Origin: Deltaproteobacteria bacterium
Lineage (GTDB): Bacteria > UBA10199 > JACPAL01 > GCA-016699445
Assembly: GCA_016699445.1 (NCBI GenBank)
Contig: CP064976.1
Location: 1,449,125-1,513,124, forward strand
Direction of reading: 5' to 3'
Length of the DNA: 64,000 nt
A program made the position numbers and the translations under genes. The notes under the pieces were generated by a model, which saw nothing but the letters and a program-made list of their open reading frames with translations, ran no database searches and was not told the DNA's origin. This document shows, one piece after another, positions 19,999 through 30,461 of the stretch (within the stretch, counting starts at the first letter, position 1; every line of letters begins with the position of its first letter).

Positions 19999-21024
19999 TT
20001 ATAGGGTTTGGCCGACCATGGTGGCCAAGTCGATCATTCGGTGTGAAAAACCTGTTTCATTATCATACCAGGCCATCACTTTTACCATGTGTTCACCAAC
20101 AACGTTGGTCAATGCCGTATCAATGTGTGTTGATTCCCAGGTTCCATTAAAATCAATCGAGACTAAGGGTTCTTCAGAACAAGCCAAAATTCCATTTAAA
20201 GAGCCTTTGGCTGCGGCTCTAAAGGCATCGTTGACCGCTTCTTTTGTTGCTGGCTTTTGCGTGATGACAACAAGATCCACCATAGAGACATTGGGAGTCG
20301 GAACACGAATGGCCACACCATCCATTTTGCCGGCAAGTTCTGGCATGACAATGCCGATCGATTTTGCAGCACCCGTGGTTGTGGGAATCATCGAAAGAGC
20401 TCCTGCCCGTGCACGACGCAAGTCTTTATGGTACTTATCCAAAATCTTTTGGTCGTTGGTGTAGGAATGAATGGTGGTCATAAACCCTTTTTCAATCCCA
20501 AAATTATCATGCAAAACTTTTGAAACAGGAGCCAAACAATTGGTCGTACAAGAAGCATTTGAAAGAATATGATGTTTGGAAGGATCGTAATTCTTGTCAT
20601 TGACACCTAAGACAATAGTTAAATCTGGATTTTTAGCAGGTGCAGAGATGATGACTTTTTTAGGGCCTGTCTTTAAATGCAAGGCGGCGGCGTCGCGTTC
20701 TGTAAACTTTCCGGTACATTCCAGAACAATATCAACTTTCTGTTCACCCCAAGGTGTCTGATCCGCTTCGCGAGTGGAGGAGAGTGCAATGCGGTGAGTT
20801 TTCCCGATAATAAGACTGTCTTTTCCCTCGGCCTGGAGATCTGTATGAAGACGTCCATGAACTGAATCATACTTGAGGAGATGTGCAAAAGAAGAAGCCT
20901 CTGTCTTGTCATTGATCATGACAATGTCGATGTCTTCAAAGTTTCTTTCAACCCAAGCCGAAATTATTCCTTTTCCAATCCGACCCAGACCATTGATTCC
21001 AATACGGGGTTTTTTCTTAGACAT
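19999..21024 (-). CDS. gap: Type I glyceraldehyde-3-phosphate dehydrogenase
   Basis: [21 protein letters not shown], and the full GAPDH fold. Confidence 0.95.
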   Translation of the reverse strand: MSKKKPRIGINGLGRIGKGIISAWVERNFEDIDIVMINDKTEASSFAHLLKYDSVHGRLHTDLQAEGKDSLIIGKTHRIALSSTREADQTPWGEQKVDIVLECTGKFTERDAAALHLKTGPKKVIISAPAKNPDLTIVLGVNDKNYDPSKHHILSNASCTTNCLAPVSKVLHDNFGIEKGFMTTIHSYTNDQKILDKYHKDLRRARAGALSMIPTTTGAAKSIGIVMPELAGKMDGVAIRVPTPNVSMVDLVVITQKPATKEAVNDAFRAAAKGSLNGILACSEEPLVSIDFNGTWESTHIDTALTNVVGEHMVKVMAWYDNETGFSHRMIDLATMVGQTL

Positions 21025-21070
21025 AGTGTCAGGCGCCGCTAGCCGATGATGTTTTGAGCGTCAACCATAA

Positions 21071-21343
21071 CTAACGGCCTCTCTTGGACATTTCTTCTTC
21101 GCAGTATTTTTTATAAATAATGTCCCATTCACGACTTCCTTCAAAGACACCACGCTTTAAAGAGGCGATTTTGGCTCTTGCAATGTCATCCACTTCATCT
21201 TCTATTTTGAAATAATCATGGAGCATCTTCTTCAACTCTCGAAGTGTCTTATCTTCATCGGGATAATCCACCAGCATATCATTATAGATGCCGTCATGAA
21301 TCAAATGCGCTAAATGTGAAATACGGTCTTCTGAAAATTTCAT
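21071..21343 (-). CDS. DUF507 family protein
   Basis: Small acidic protein, adjacent paralogous partner; the pattern matches the DUF507 tandem pairs. Confidence 0.45.
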   Translation of the reverse strand: MKFSEDRISHLAHLIHDGIYNDMLVDYPDEDKTLRELKKMLHDYFKIEDEVDDIARAKIASLKRGVFEGSREWDIIYKKYCEEEMSKRGR

Positions 21344-21621
21344 AGTATAAACTTTCTCTCTTTGATGAGCTGTTTTTTAATCATGGTAAAAGCTTTTTGA
21401 GAATCAATAGCTCCTGAGGCTATCTGAGACTTGTATTGATCCATAAGCTTTCGAGCATCACGTTCGATAGTAGCTTCTTCATCAAGATTTTTCTGAAATA
21501 CCGCTTCAATTTTAGCTTCAATCTTGTCTTCACCCACCAAAGGCTTGATGAGATTTTGAGATTTTAAAAAACGCAGGATCTTGATGGAGAGTGTTTTGAT
21601 TTCTTCTTTTTTGAGGGACAT
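21340..21621 (-). CDS. DUF507 family protein (partner)
   Basis: 4-nt overlap with the downstream DUF507 gene; similar size and charge profile. Confidence 0.45.
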   Translation of the reverse strand: MSLKKEEIKTLSIKILRFLKSQNLIKPLVGEDKIEAKIEAVFQKNLDEEATIERDARKLMDQYKSQIASGAIDSQKAFTMIKKQLIKERKFIL

Positions 21622-21663
21622 GGGCTGTCATTAGCCATGATAAGAAATAAAACTCAAATTTAA

Positions 21664-22212
21664 TTAACCAACATACACAGGCCCTTTGCCTTCTTCGATT
21701 TTTCCGGATTGGGTGAGGGCTTTGAGTTTTTTGACATAGAGCTCTCGTTTGAGTTGGGAAAGTTTGTCGACTAAGAGTCGGCCATCGAGATGGTCGATTT
21801 CGTGTTGGAAGGCGACTGCTTGCAAGTCTTCGGCAAAAAATTTGGTTGGTTTGCCTTTAGCATCAAAGCCTTCGACGATGATCTTTTTGGATCGCTCCAT
21901 AGGGAGTGTGAGTTGAGGTAATGAAAGACATCCTTCTTCCCAGATAATTTTTTCTTCTTTGGTTGTGATGACAGGATTGATAATCGCTTTGGGATCCGCT
22001 TTATGTTGTCCTTCTTCGGCTAATCCCACATCTATGACTAATATTCTTTTTGAAATAGCCACTTGAGGAGCCGCGAGTCCAACACCGGGTGCGGCGTACA
22101 TGGTTTCAAACATGTCTTCGATGAGTTTTTCCAAATTTTTATCAAATTTTTCCACGGGTGTGGAAATCTTTTTTAAAACAGGATCCGGGTAGTGAACTAT
22201 TTTTAATATCAT
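21664..22212 (-). CDS. def: Peptide deformylase
   Basis: GVGLAAPQV, EGCLSLP, QHEIDHLDG. Confidence 0.95.
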   Translation of the reverse strand: MILKIVHYPDPVLKKISTPVEKFDKNLEKLIEDMFETMYAAPGVGLAAPQVAISKRILVIDVGLAEEGQHKADPKAIINPVITTKEEKIIWEEGCLSLPQLTLPMERSKKIIVEGFDAKGKPTKFFAEDLQAVAFQHEIDHLDGRLLVDKLSQLKRELYVKKLKALTQSGKIEEGKGPVYVG

Positions 22213-22227
22213 AAATTCAGCCTATTA

Positions 22228-24228
22228 TTACATCATGTCGACGGGGTCTACATTGACCAAAAGTCGCATTGTTGAGGATAGGTGATTCTTGTTAAAGTCG
22301 TCAAGGACGCGTCTTAAGGCAGGCTGAATTTTAAGATAAGATTTGGTCTTAATCAGTAGCTTCCATCGGTAATATTCCCTGATTTTTTCAATCGCATGAG
22401 GCCCTGGTCCTAGAATAATCGCTAAGTTTGCCGGTAGAGTGGAGGTGATTTTTTTAGTTAATAACTGAATCTTTTGAATCACATCTGATTGTTTTTTTCC
22501 AGCCAAACGAATTTCAATCATGCGACAAAACGGTGGGTAATTGGCCTCTTCACGCTCTTGCAGCTCTCGTTCGTAAAACCCCTCACTGTTGTGAGTCATG
22601 GCAAATTCGAGACTTGGATGGTCAGGAAAATAAGATTGAATCAAGACAGTCCCGGGTTTTTCATGCCGTCCAGCGCGACCAGAAACTTGGGTGATCATTT
22701 GGAATGTGCGTTCGGAAGAACGAAAGTCGGGAAGATGTAAGGCGGCATCGGCATCCAAAATACACACCAGAGTGAGTTGAGGATAATCATGTCCTTTGGT
22801 GACCATTTGAGTGCCGATGAGGATGTCGATTTCGCCTTTTTTCATTTTTTCCAAAGTTGTGAGCCAGGATTTTCCTTTAGCACTGTCTCGATCCAGGCGA
22901 CCTAAGCGCGCTGATGGGAAAAATTTTCTTAACTCTTCTTCAACACGCTCGGTGCCATAACCTGTATAGTGTTTTGTATCTTTGCCACAGCTTTGACAGA
23001 GTGGAAGATAAGGATGAATCGTATCACAATAATGACAAATGAGTTCGGCTTTGGTTTTGCTTTTGTGCAAAGTCAGCGTGATGTCACATTGCTCACACAT
23101 GGGGACATCACCACAAGTGCGGCAAATCACAAAAGGGGCAAATCCACGTCTGTTAAAAAATACAAGGCTTTGGTTTTTATTTTTTAAATTTTCTTCGATG
23201 GCATTGAGTAATGGGAGTGAAAAAATCCCGAGTTCTTTATTGGACTTCTGATTTCCCATGTTTCGAAGATCAATCGTTTCAACTTTTGGAAGAGCAATGC
23301 CGGTGGCGCGTTCCATAAGTAAGATTCTCTTAATCTTGCCACTTTTTACTCGATGAATCATTTCTAAAGAAGGTGTCGCTGAGCCTAAGACAATTTTGAT
23401 TTTTTCATGTTCGCCGCGCCAGAGAGCCAGATCGCGAGCATGATAACAAAAACGTTCATCTTGCTTGTATGAAGAATCATGCTCTTCGTCGATGACGATG
23501 AGTTTGAGTTTTTGAAAGGGAAGAAAAATGCCGGAACGTGTGGCGATCACAAGAGAAAGATGTCCTTCTCGGACATCCGTCCAGGTTTTCAGACGTTGGG
23601 CAGGAGTGAGTCCGCTGTGATAAATTCCTACACGTATTCCCAAACTTTCAAATCGACCAATCGTTTGAGGCGTGAGTCCGATTTCAGGTACCAGAATCAA
23701 AACCTGTCCATCTTGATTTAGGATGGCTTGAGAAATCTTTCGATAAATTTCTGTTTTTCCACTGCCTGTGATCCCATGAATGAAAGTAGGTTCTAATGTT
23801 TTTAAAATATCGTCGATAGCATCTTGTTGAGTCGTTGTAAGCTGTACAGGAGCTTCAAAAGAAAAGTCGGGTGAATGACTGACGTCCTTTACTGCTCTTT
23901 TGATTTTTGATTTTTTAATTTCACTTAGTGAGGCGGGTAAAAAATGCCGAAACACTTCACCTAGAGGTGTCAGATAATAAGCGGATGCCCATTTCATCAG
24001 GTCGAGCTGATGTTGATTGAGCAAAGGCTCAGTATCTAAAGTCTCGATGATTTCTTTGGTTTTAAAATTGGGTTTAGTTGTGTGAATATCGAGAACACAT
24101 CCAACATATTTTTTATTTCCCACAGGGACAACACAACGCATGCCACGCTCGAGGCCTGTAAGGCTTTCTGGAATCTCGTAGGTAAAAGCTTGCGAGAGAT
24201 GGAGTGGGAGAATGATGTCGGCGAACAT
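22228..24228 (-). CDS. priA: Primosomal protein N' (replication restart helicase PriA)
   Basis: GITGSGKTEIY (Walker A), VIDEEHD, Cys-rich zinc region CRTCGDVPMCEQC...CHYCD...CQSCG, and C-terminal helicase motifs. Confidence 0.95.
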   Translation of the reverse strand: MFADIILPLHLSQAFTYEIPESLTGLERGMRCVVPVGNKKYVGCVLDIHTTKPNFKTKEIIETLDTEPLLNQHQLDLMKWASAYYLTPLGEVFRHFLPASLSEIKKSKIKRAVKDVSHSPDFSFEAPVQLTTTQQDAIDDILKTLEPTFIHGITGSGKTEIYRKISQAILNQDGQVLILVPEIGLTPQTIGRFESLGIRVGIYHSGLTPAQRLKTWTDVREGHLSLVIATRSGIFLPFQKLKLIVIDEEHDSSYKQDERFCYHARDLALWRGEHEKIKIVLGSATPSLEMIHRVKSGKIKRILLMERATGIALPKVETIDLRNMGNQKSNKELGIFSLPLLNAIEENLKNKNQSLVFFNRRGFAPFVICRTCGDVPMCEQCDITLTLHKSKTKAELICHYCDTIHPYLPLCQSCGKDTKHYTGYGTERVEEELRKFFPSARLGRLDRDSAKGKSWLTTLEKMKKGEIDILIGTQMVTKGHDYPQLTLVCILDADAALHLPDFRSSERTFQMITQVSGRAGRHEKPGTVLIQSYFPDHPSLEFAMTHNSEGFYERELQEREEANYPPFCRMIEIRLAGKKQSDVIQKIQLLTKKITSTLPANLAIILGPGPHAIEKIREYYRWKLLIKTKSYLKIQPALRRVLDDFNKNHLSSTMRLLVNVDPVDMM

Positions 24229-24229
24229 G

Positions 24230-25688
24230 CTATTTTTTCTTTTCTAATATATTTTTGCCAATAGAAGTGATTCGATATTTTTGCATGCGACTATTAGGTT
24301 TATCGGGAAGAGTCATTTCAATAAATCCTTCTTTTAATGCTGGCAGGATATAAGCTTCTCTGAAGTGCATACGATCTTTTAGCCCCAGTCTTTTTTGTAA
24401 TTCTTGACGATCCATCTCTCCTTTCAAAACGGTCAGAAGACCTTCGACTTGAGGGGTGACTTGAGGGGTGACTTGAGGGGTGACTTGAGGGGTGACTTCC
24501 TCGGTCAGAGTTGGTGATAGCGGAACAGTCACGGAAAATGTATCACTTTCAATGAAGACAGGTTTTCCTGCTTGAGGCGCATAAAATGGTAGATACTTAT
24601 TTACATTGTTAACACCCGAACCAAGCTCTTCATAACGACCGAGCTGAATCAAAAATTTACAGAGAGTTGGATTTTTTGGGTAAGGTGTAAAATGTTTTGG
24701 ATCAATGGGTCCGCGGCCGTGAGGAATGTTTGGATTTTTAAATTCTATACGATCTTTGTAGATGATCATAGTGGCTGGAGCGGCACTGGTGTATTCTCGA
24801 TGAGCAATAATATTGGCTACAAGCTCACGAAAAATACGAGCTCTGAGGCTGACGCTGGTGGTGCCTTCTAAATAAAAAGGATCATCAAGATGTTTATCGA
24901 CAAATCCCATGAGTAAATCGAAAGCGTCGATGAGATTGGTGCGAACGATGAGGCGATCATCGTAACGGTCTATATCGCGCCGACGCACGAGAGCATCAAA
25001 TTTGTAACCAGGTACAATGCTTTGAATAATTTCATCTGTGCCAAACATGAGAGCTGCCGCCAGTGTGTATCCATCTTGGCCGGTAAAAACATCTTTTCGG
25101 ACAAATCCTGCAATGTGCAGAAGTTGTAGAGGTGTTAATTGAGCCCAAGGATGCTGTGGATGACGCTGCCGCATGAGAATTTTGGCTTTTTCAAAAAGGT
25201 CAGGATTTAAATCTGTCATTGTTAAAAAAGGTAAAACACGCTGCTCAGTAAAAAACTGAGTTTGCGATTAACCAGTCCTGCAATGCGATTCAAATCAGCA
25301 ATTCGGTAGTCACCATCTTCGCTGCGTAAAAAAACAGCTCCCCCTGATTTATGTACTTGAGAGCTGGCGGGTACCTGGATTTTTATAATCCACTTTCCAT
25401 CTATTTTTCTTCATGAGGAAATAATAAATAAGGAGGGTCTAATTTAGAGGGATTGTTGGAGAGATTTGAGATGTCTGACTTGATGTGTTCAACAGAGTCT
25501 GGATCGATACCGACAACATGGCCATTATTATCAATTCCCAAGACAATCATCCCTCCATCCAAATTAAGAAAAGAACAGACTGTTTCAAAAAGATTTTTAG
25601 GAATCTCTCGGAAGGCTTCTTTAAATTCTAAACAAGTTGTTTCTTTTGATCCAAAAGGATTTTTTTTATTCATGAGTTTTCCATCCAT
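24230..25688 (-). CDS. ATP-binding protein with AlbA_2 (Schlafen-like) N-domain and HATPase_c_4 (RecG-C-terminal-like) C-domain; two frameshifts between 25220 and 25400
   Basis: ORF 25401..25688 encodes the AlbA_2-type N-domain. A third frame is open across 25220-25400 (IDGKWIIKIQVPASS...RIADLNRIAGLVNRK). The main ORF has ELVANIIAHREY and ELGSGVNNV, plus a C-terminal winged-helix-like tail. Includes the TPQV x4 repeat. Confidence 0.6.
24441..24490. repeat. Perfect 12-bp tandem repeat (ACTTGAGGGGTG) x4 inside the coding region, encoding (TPQV)4
   Basis: ggggtgacttgaggggtgacttgaggggtgacttgaggggtgactt seen directly. Confidence 0.9.
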
Positions 25689-25712
25689 TTGGAAAATTCT
25701 GTGAAGGCAGTA

Positions 25713-25786
25713 TCGGGGCGACTGGATTTGAACCAGCGGCCTCTTGCTCCCGAAGCAAGCGCTCTACCAGGCTGAGCTACGCCCCG
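25713..25786 (-). tRNA. tRNA-Pro (CGG)
   Basis: Reverse complement CGGGGCGTAGCTCAGCCTGGTAGAGCGCTTGCTTCGGGAGCAAGAGGCCGCTGGTTCAAATCCAGTCGCCCCGA. Anticodon loop TTCGGGA. Confidence 0.85.
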
Positions 25787-25894
25787 CATATTCGGGCTTT
25801 AATGGCGTCGTTTGAAATAAAATGAAAGCAAAATTTTTGGAAGGAGTGAAAGCCGTTGACAAGATTCTTTTTGGAAGCACATACCGCACACCGC

Positions 25895-27001
25895 ATGGCG
25901 AAAAAAAATGAGACTGAAAATTTTAAAATAGAACTAACCGATCCTTCCAAGAAAAAAGAAAAACTGGAAGTCTTGTCTCACCCTATCAAAGCCGTTGATT
26001 TGAATGTTTCCAAATCCATTTCTGAACTCGTTGATTCTTTTAAAAATATGTCAATCCAAGCGCGCAATATCGGCAAATGTGCCGAAGTGCTGGATCATAT
26101 GTTGACCGATCCGGATCGTCCGACAGTGATGCTGGGGCTTGCTGGGCCTTTGATTGCAGCAGGTTTACGTAAGACGATTCGTGATATGGTGGCCTATGGG
26201 ATGGTGGATGTGATTGTCTCGACTGGCGCTGTTCTTTATCAGGATATTTATCAAGCACGTGGATTTTCGCATTTCAAAGGGACAGCTGAAGCCGATGATC
26301 GCAAGCTTCGAGATCTTTATATTGATCGTATTTACGATACCTATTTGGATGAAGAAAAAGTTTGGGAGACTGATTGTTGGATTGGACAATTTGCCGATAC
26401 GCTGACGCCAGGTCATTACTCCTCGCGAGATTTTTTATCGAGATTGGGAAGTACGTTGGATGATGATGAGTCTATTGTGGCCACGGCTGTCAAAAGAGGT
26501 GTTCCTATTTTTGCTCCAGCGATTAATGATTCATCGATTGGGATTGGGCTCACGGAACATTATCACCGCTGTGTCACAACAGGTCGCGCAGGTGTTTCTA
26601 TTGATTCGATTCGGGATAATTACGAGCTCACACAGATAGCTGTGAAATCAAAAAAAACAGCAGCCATTTATGTGGCTGGTGGTGTGCCTAAAAATTACAT
26701 CAATGACTCTGTGGTGATGGGCTATATTTTTGGAAAAGATTCGGGTGGTCATTCCTATGCTCTTCAAGTGACGACCGATGCGCCTCATTGGGGTGGACTT
26801 TCGGGAAGTACTTTGGATGAAGCGACATCGTGGGGAAAAATTAATAAAAAAGCCGATAAAGCCATGGCTTTTGTGGAACCTTCAGTGTCTCTGCCTTTAT
26901 TAGTAGGGTATTCACTTCAGAAAAAGCTGGCTCAAAATCGCAAGCCTCTCATTTATAAGTGGGATAATCACATCCTAAATTCTTTAGAAGTTTCCGTCTG
27001 A
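25895..27001 (+). CDS. Deoxyhypusine synthase-like protein (homospermidine synthase-type fold)
   Basis: GLAGPLIAAGLRKTIRDMVAYGMVDVIVSTGAVLYQDIY...AIYVAGGVPKNY and the conserved C-terminal region of the DHS family. Start set at ATG 25895. Confidence 0.8.
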   Translation: MAKKNETENFKIELTDPSKKKEKLEVLSHPIKAVDLNVSKSISELVDSFKNMSIQARNIGKCAEVLDHMLTDPDRPTVMLGLAGPLIAAGLRKTIRDMVAYGMVDVIVSTGAVLYQDIYQARGFSHFKGTAEADDRKLRDLYIDRIYDTYLDEEKVWETDCWIGQFADTLTPGHYSSRDFLSRLGSTLDDDESIVATAVKRGVPIFAPAINDSSIGIGLTEHYHRCVTTGRAGVSIDSIRDNYELTQIAVKSKKTAAIYVAGGVPKNYINDSVVMGYIFGKDSGGHSYALQVTTDAPHWGGLSGSTLDEATSWGKINKKADKAMAFVEPSVSLPLLVGYSLQKKLAQNRKPLIYKWDNHILNSLEVSV

Positions 27002-27106
27002 TTCTTTTCGCCTAGTTTTTAAGCAGTGCTCAAAAAAGAAGCTGATTAAAAGAAATCGTAAAAAATAAAATCATTATTTTTCAGTGACTTAATTTTTTAA
27101 AATCGT

Positions 27107-27122
27107 TGGCATTGTCTTTGCT
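27107..27122 (+). promoter_or_regulatory. Sigma-54 (RpoN) -24/-12 promoter upstream of the porin-amt-glnK operon
   Basis: TGGCAT-tgtct-TTGCT fits TGGCAC-N5-TTGCW with GG and GC spaced exactly 10 nt apart, ~60 nt upstream of the porin start codon. Confidence 0.55.
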
Positions 27123-27183
27123 CAAGGCGGAAGCAGGAACTGTCTTTTTAGTTTTTATTAACTTTCAACCAGAGGAGTCAAAA

Positions 27184-28305
27184 ATGAGGAAACACCTCAA
27201 GTATACAAGTCTGTTGGTCGCTGTGGGAATGATCGGGATGTCCCAGGTTTCCAGAGCAGAAGAAAAAGCAGCTGGCAGTTTTTGGGATAACACCAAAGTA
27301 ACGGGGTCGTTGGATACGAGTTATAACTATAATTTGAATCGTCCTTTGAACACAGGGGCTGGAGCTACGAGTCCCTATCGTTTGTATGACGCTACTACAA
27401 ATAGCTTCAATGTTAATCTCGTTGAATTGGCCATCGAGAATGCACCTGCTGATTGGTTAACTTTCAGAACTGATTTAGATTTTGGTAGTGATGCAAAGTT
27501 GAACAATACTTTGGAAGCTTTCGGTGCTGGTACTGAGATTTTCAATCTTCAACAAGCCTATGCTTCTATCAAAGCTCCTATTGGAAATGGTTTGACCTTT
27601 AAAGTGGGTAAGTTTGTGACATTACATGGAGCGGAAGTTATTGAATCTGCTTACAACAGCAATAGCTCTCGTGGATTGCTTTTTAGCTATGCGATTCCAA
27701 TTACGCACACAGGCATTATGGCTAATTATGCATTTAATGACCAAATCTCTTTGGATTTGGGAGTTGTGAATGGTTGGAATAATGTTTCTGATATCAACAG
27801 CGGAAAAAGTATCCATGGTATGTTAACCATTAAGCCGTTTGAAAAGTTGACATGGTTGGTGGGTGGTACTTTTGGTCCTGAAAATCCAGGTAATGATGCC
27901 AAATGGCGTAGTTTGATTGATACAACGTTGACTTATGCTGTGAATGATCAGTTGTCTTTGTCTGCCAATTACGACTGGCTCCGTGATCGTGGTCTTACAG
28001 GATCTTCTGGAGTCTCTGATGTTCAAGGTATTGCAGCCTATATTAACTACAAAGCTTCTGATACATGCGGTCTTTCTCTCAGAGGTGAATATCTTCGTGA
28101 TGACGTTAACTTTGCTCTTGCAACGACTCCTTCTAACAAAATCTATGAAGGTACTTTAACAACTCATTACTACTTTGCTGATGGTTTCGATCTTCGTTTC
28201 GAATTCCGTCATGATCAAGGAAACAACGCCTCCTTTACTAAAGGTAGCGGCAGTACTCGTAAGTTTCAAGACACCATCGGAAGTCAGCTCGTTTACTCGT
28301 TCTAA
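27184..28305 (+). CDS. Outer-membrane beta-barrel porin (nitrogen-regulated, Amt-associated)
   Basis: Signal peptide MRKHLKYTSLLVAVGMIGMSQVSRA; alternating amphipathic beta-strand pattern; C-terminal aromatic (…QLVYSF). GAGGAG RBS. Confidence 0.55.
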   Translation: MRKHLKYTSLLVAVGMIGMSQVSRAEEKAAGSFWDNTKVTGSLDTSYNYNLNRPLNTGAGATSPYRLYDATTNSFNVNLVELAIENAPADWLTFRTDLDFGSDAKLNNTLEAFGAGTEIFNLQQAYASIKAPIGNGLTFKVGKFVTLHGAEVIESAYNSNSSRGLLFSYAIPITHTGIMANYAFNDQISLDLGVVNGWNNVSDINSGKSIHGMLTIKPFEKLTWLVGGTFGPENPGNDAKWRSLIDTTLTYAVNDQLSLSANYDWLRDRGLTGSSGVSDVQGIAAYINYKASDTCGLSLRGEYLRDDVNFALATTPSNKIYEGTLTTHYYFADGFDLRFEFRHDQGNNASFTKGSGSTRKFQDTIGSQLVYSF

Positions 28306-28412
28306 TTATTTTTATCGATCTGCCTGAAGCGAAAGCTTCAGGCACTCGAAGAGTTCTCTCTCGGCCGGGAGGGTTCTTTGGGTGTTCATTTTAAAAGAAT
28401 AGGAGACAATTT

Positions 28413-29975
28413 ATGACAGTATTAAAAAAGATGTTTGGTTCTATAAAGTTTCGTTGGCTCCTGGCTTCATCACTTTCAATATTGGTATTGCTTGTGATGT
28501 TTCCCACAATGCTGGTTCATGCAGGAGATCCAACAGGTGCGAGCTTGGGTAGTGCTGCTGATATCGCAGCGGCGACTCCTGGCCAGCCCACATTAGAAGA
28601 AGTCGCGATTCAAGTTGGTCATAATAAGATTTCAATCAATTTTGTTTGGACATTGATTACTGGTTTTATCGTCATGTTTATGCAGGCTGGATTTGCGATG
28701 GTGGAAGCAGGTTTTACACGTGCTAAAAACGTCGCTCACACCATGTCCATGAATTTCATGATCTACCCATTGGGTATGTTTGGGTTTTGGGTGTGTGGAT
28801 TTGCCCTCATGTTTGGTGGTGTTGGTCCCTTAGCCACCCTGGGCGGTGAAAATATTCTGAACAACCCTGTGACCATCACGCTCTTTGGTAAGAGTATGAA
28901 TATACTGGGTTGGAAAGGATTTTTCTTAAGTGGTGATTGCTATGCTCCTGCCATCTACACCATGTTCTTATTTCAAATGGTATTTATGGATACGACAGCA
29001 ACGATCCCAACAGGATCGATGGCAGAGCGCTGGAGATTTTTGCCCTTTGTGATTTACGGTTTATGCGTTGGTACTATTCTCTATCCTGTTTATGGATGCT
29101 GGGTTTGGGGTGGTGGTTGGTTGGCAACACTCGGTGCTAACTTTGGATTAGGTCATGGTCATGTGGATTTCGCAGGATCGTCTGTTGTTCACTTAAGTGG
29201 TGGTGTGATCGCTCTTGTGGGTGCTAAACTGATCGGTCCTCGTGTCGGTAAATATAATAAAGATGGTTCTCCAAATGCCATTCCAGGACATCATATTCCA
29301 ATGGCTGTTGTAGGAACATTTATCCTTTGCTTCGGTTGGTTTGGTTTCAATCCTGGTAGTACATTGTCAGGTGGTGATTTACGCATGTCGGTTGTCGCTA
29401 CAAACACGATGTTGGCAGGTACTGCCGGTGCTCTGACTTCAATGGCCTATATGTGGTTGAAGTTTGGTAAACCTGATATTTCCATGATTTGTAATGGTCT
29501 CTTGGCAGGTTTGGTAGCCATCACAGCACCCTGTGCTTTTGTGAATAGTATCAGCGCTGTTATTATCGGTGGTATCGCTGGATTGCTCGTGATTTGGGCT
29601 GTCTTCTTTGTTGAACGTACTTTGAAAATTGATGATCCCGTGGGTGCGATTGCTGTTCACGGTGTGAATGGTGCTTTTGGTACTCTCTGTGTGGGTCTCT
29701 TCTCCGATGGTACTTATGGAGAGGGTTGGAATGGTGTGGCTGGCGGTGTGAAAGGCCTCTTTTATGGAGATGCCTCACAACTCGTAGCTCAAAGCATTGG
29801 TGTCTTAGCCAACTTTGTCTACATCGGTATTGCTAGCTATATTGTTTTCAAGGTCATTAATATGATTTCACCTCTCCGTAACTCTGACGAAGAACAAATG
29901 GAAGGTCTCGATATTCCTGAAATCGGTGTTCATGGATATCCTGAATTCACTCTTGTCAAAACACACGGAAACTAA
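28413..29975 (+). CDS. amt: Ammonium transporter (Amt family) with cleavable signal peptide
   Basis: 11 TM core with the Amt signatures DFAGGTVVH-like (DFAGSSVVHLSGG) and GAFGTLCVGLF. Confidence 0.95.
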   Translation: MTVLKKMFGSIKFRWLLASSLSILVLLVMFPTMLVHAGDPTGASLGSAADIAAATPGQPTLEEVAIQVGHNKISINFVWTLITGFIVMFMQAGFAMVEAGFTRAKNVAHTMSMNFMIYPLGMFGFWVCGFALMFGGVGPLATLGGENILNNPVTITLFGKSMNILGWKGFFLSGDCYAPAIYTMFLFQMVFMDTTATIPTGSMAERWRFLPFVIYGLCVGTILYPVYGCWVWGGGWLATLGANFGLGHGHVDFAGSSVVHLSGGVIALVGAKLIGPRVGKYNKDGSPNAIPGHHIPMAVVGTFILCFGWFGFNPGSTLSGGDLRMSVVATNTMLAGTAGALTSMAYMWLKFGKPDISMICNGLLAGLVAITAPCAFVNSISAVIIGGIAGLLVIWAVFFVERTLKIDDPVGAIAVHGVNGAFGTLCVGLFSDGTYGEGWNGVAGGVKGLFYGDASQLVAQSIGVLANFVYIGIASYIVFKVINMISPLRNSDEEQMEGLDIPEIGVHGYPEFTLVKTHGN

Positions 29976-30323
<348 letters not shown>

Positions 30324-30361
30324 TGTCTGAACCACACTAGGTGACTGCGAGTAACTCTCTC

Positions 30362-30405
30362 AAGGCAGGGCTTCTTTTTAGAGGCCCTGCCTTGGTTTTA
30401 TTTTT
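30362..30405 (+). terminator. Rho-independent terminator after glnK
   Basis: AAGGCAGGGC-loop-GCCCTGCCTT hairpin followed by GGTTTTATTTTT. Confidence 0.6.
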
Positions 30406-30461
30406 AATAATTAACTGTTTTTTGACTTGCCAAACTAGTCAGTATCAAGAAGGGAAGCGCG

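Noticed and set aside
20018-20912. Multiple ORFs antisense to or overlapping gap
   Set aside because: The GAPDH assignment is unambiguous. These are antisense ORFs typical of GC-richer conserved genes.
24441-24490. Tandem 12-bp repeats considered as a possible CRISPR or other array
   Set aside because: The repeats are contiguous with no spacers, in-frame inside a coding region, and only 12 bp long. This is a simple coding VNTR.
25856-25894. TTG start at 25856 for the deoxyhypusine synthase-like gene
   Set aside because: An in-frame ATG at 25895 is more likely. The TTGACA at 25856 may instead be a -35-like element, but the -10 is too weak to call.
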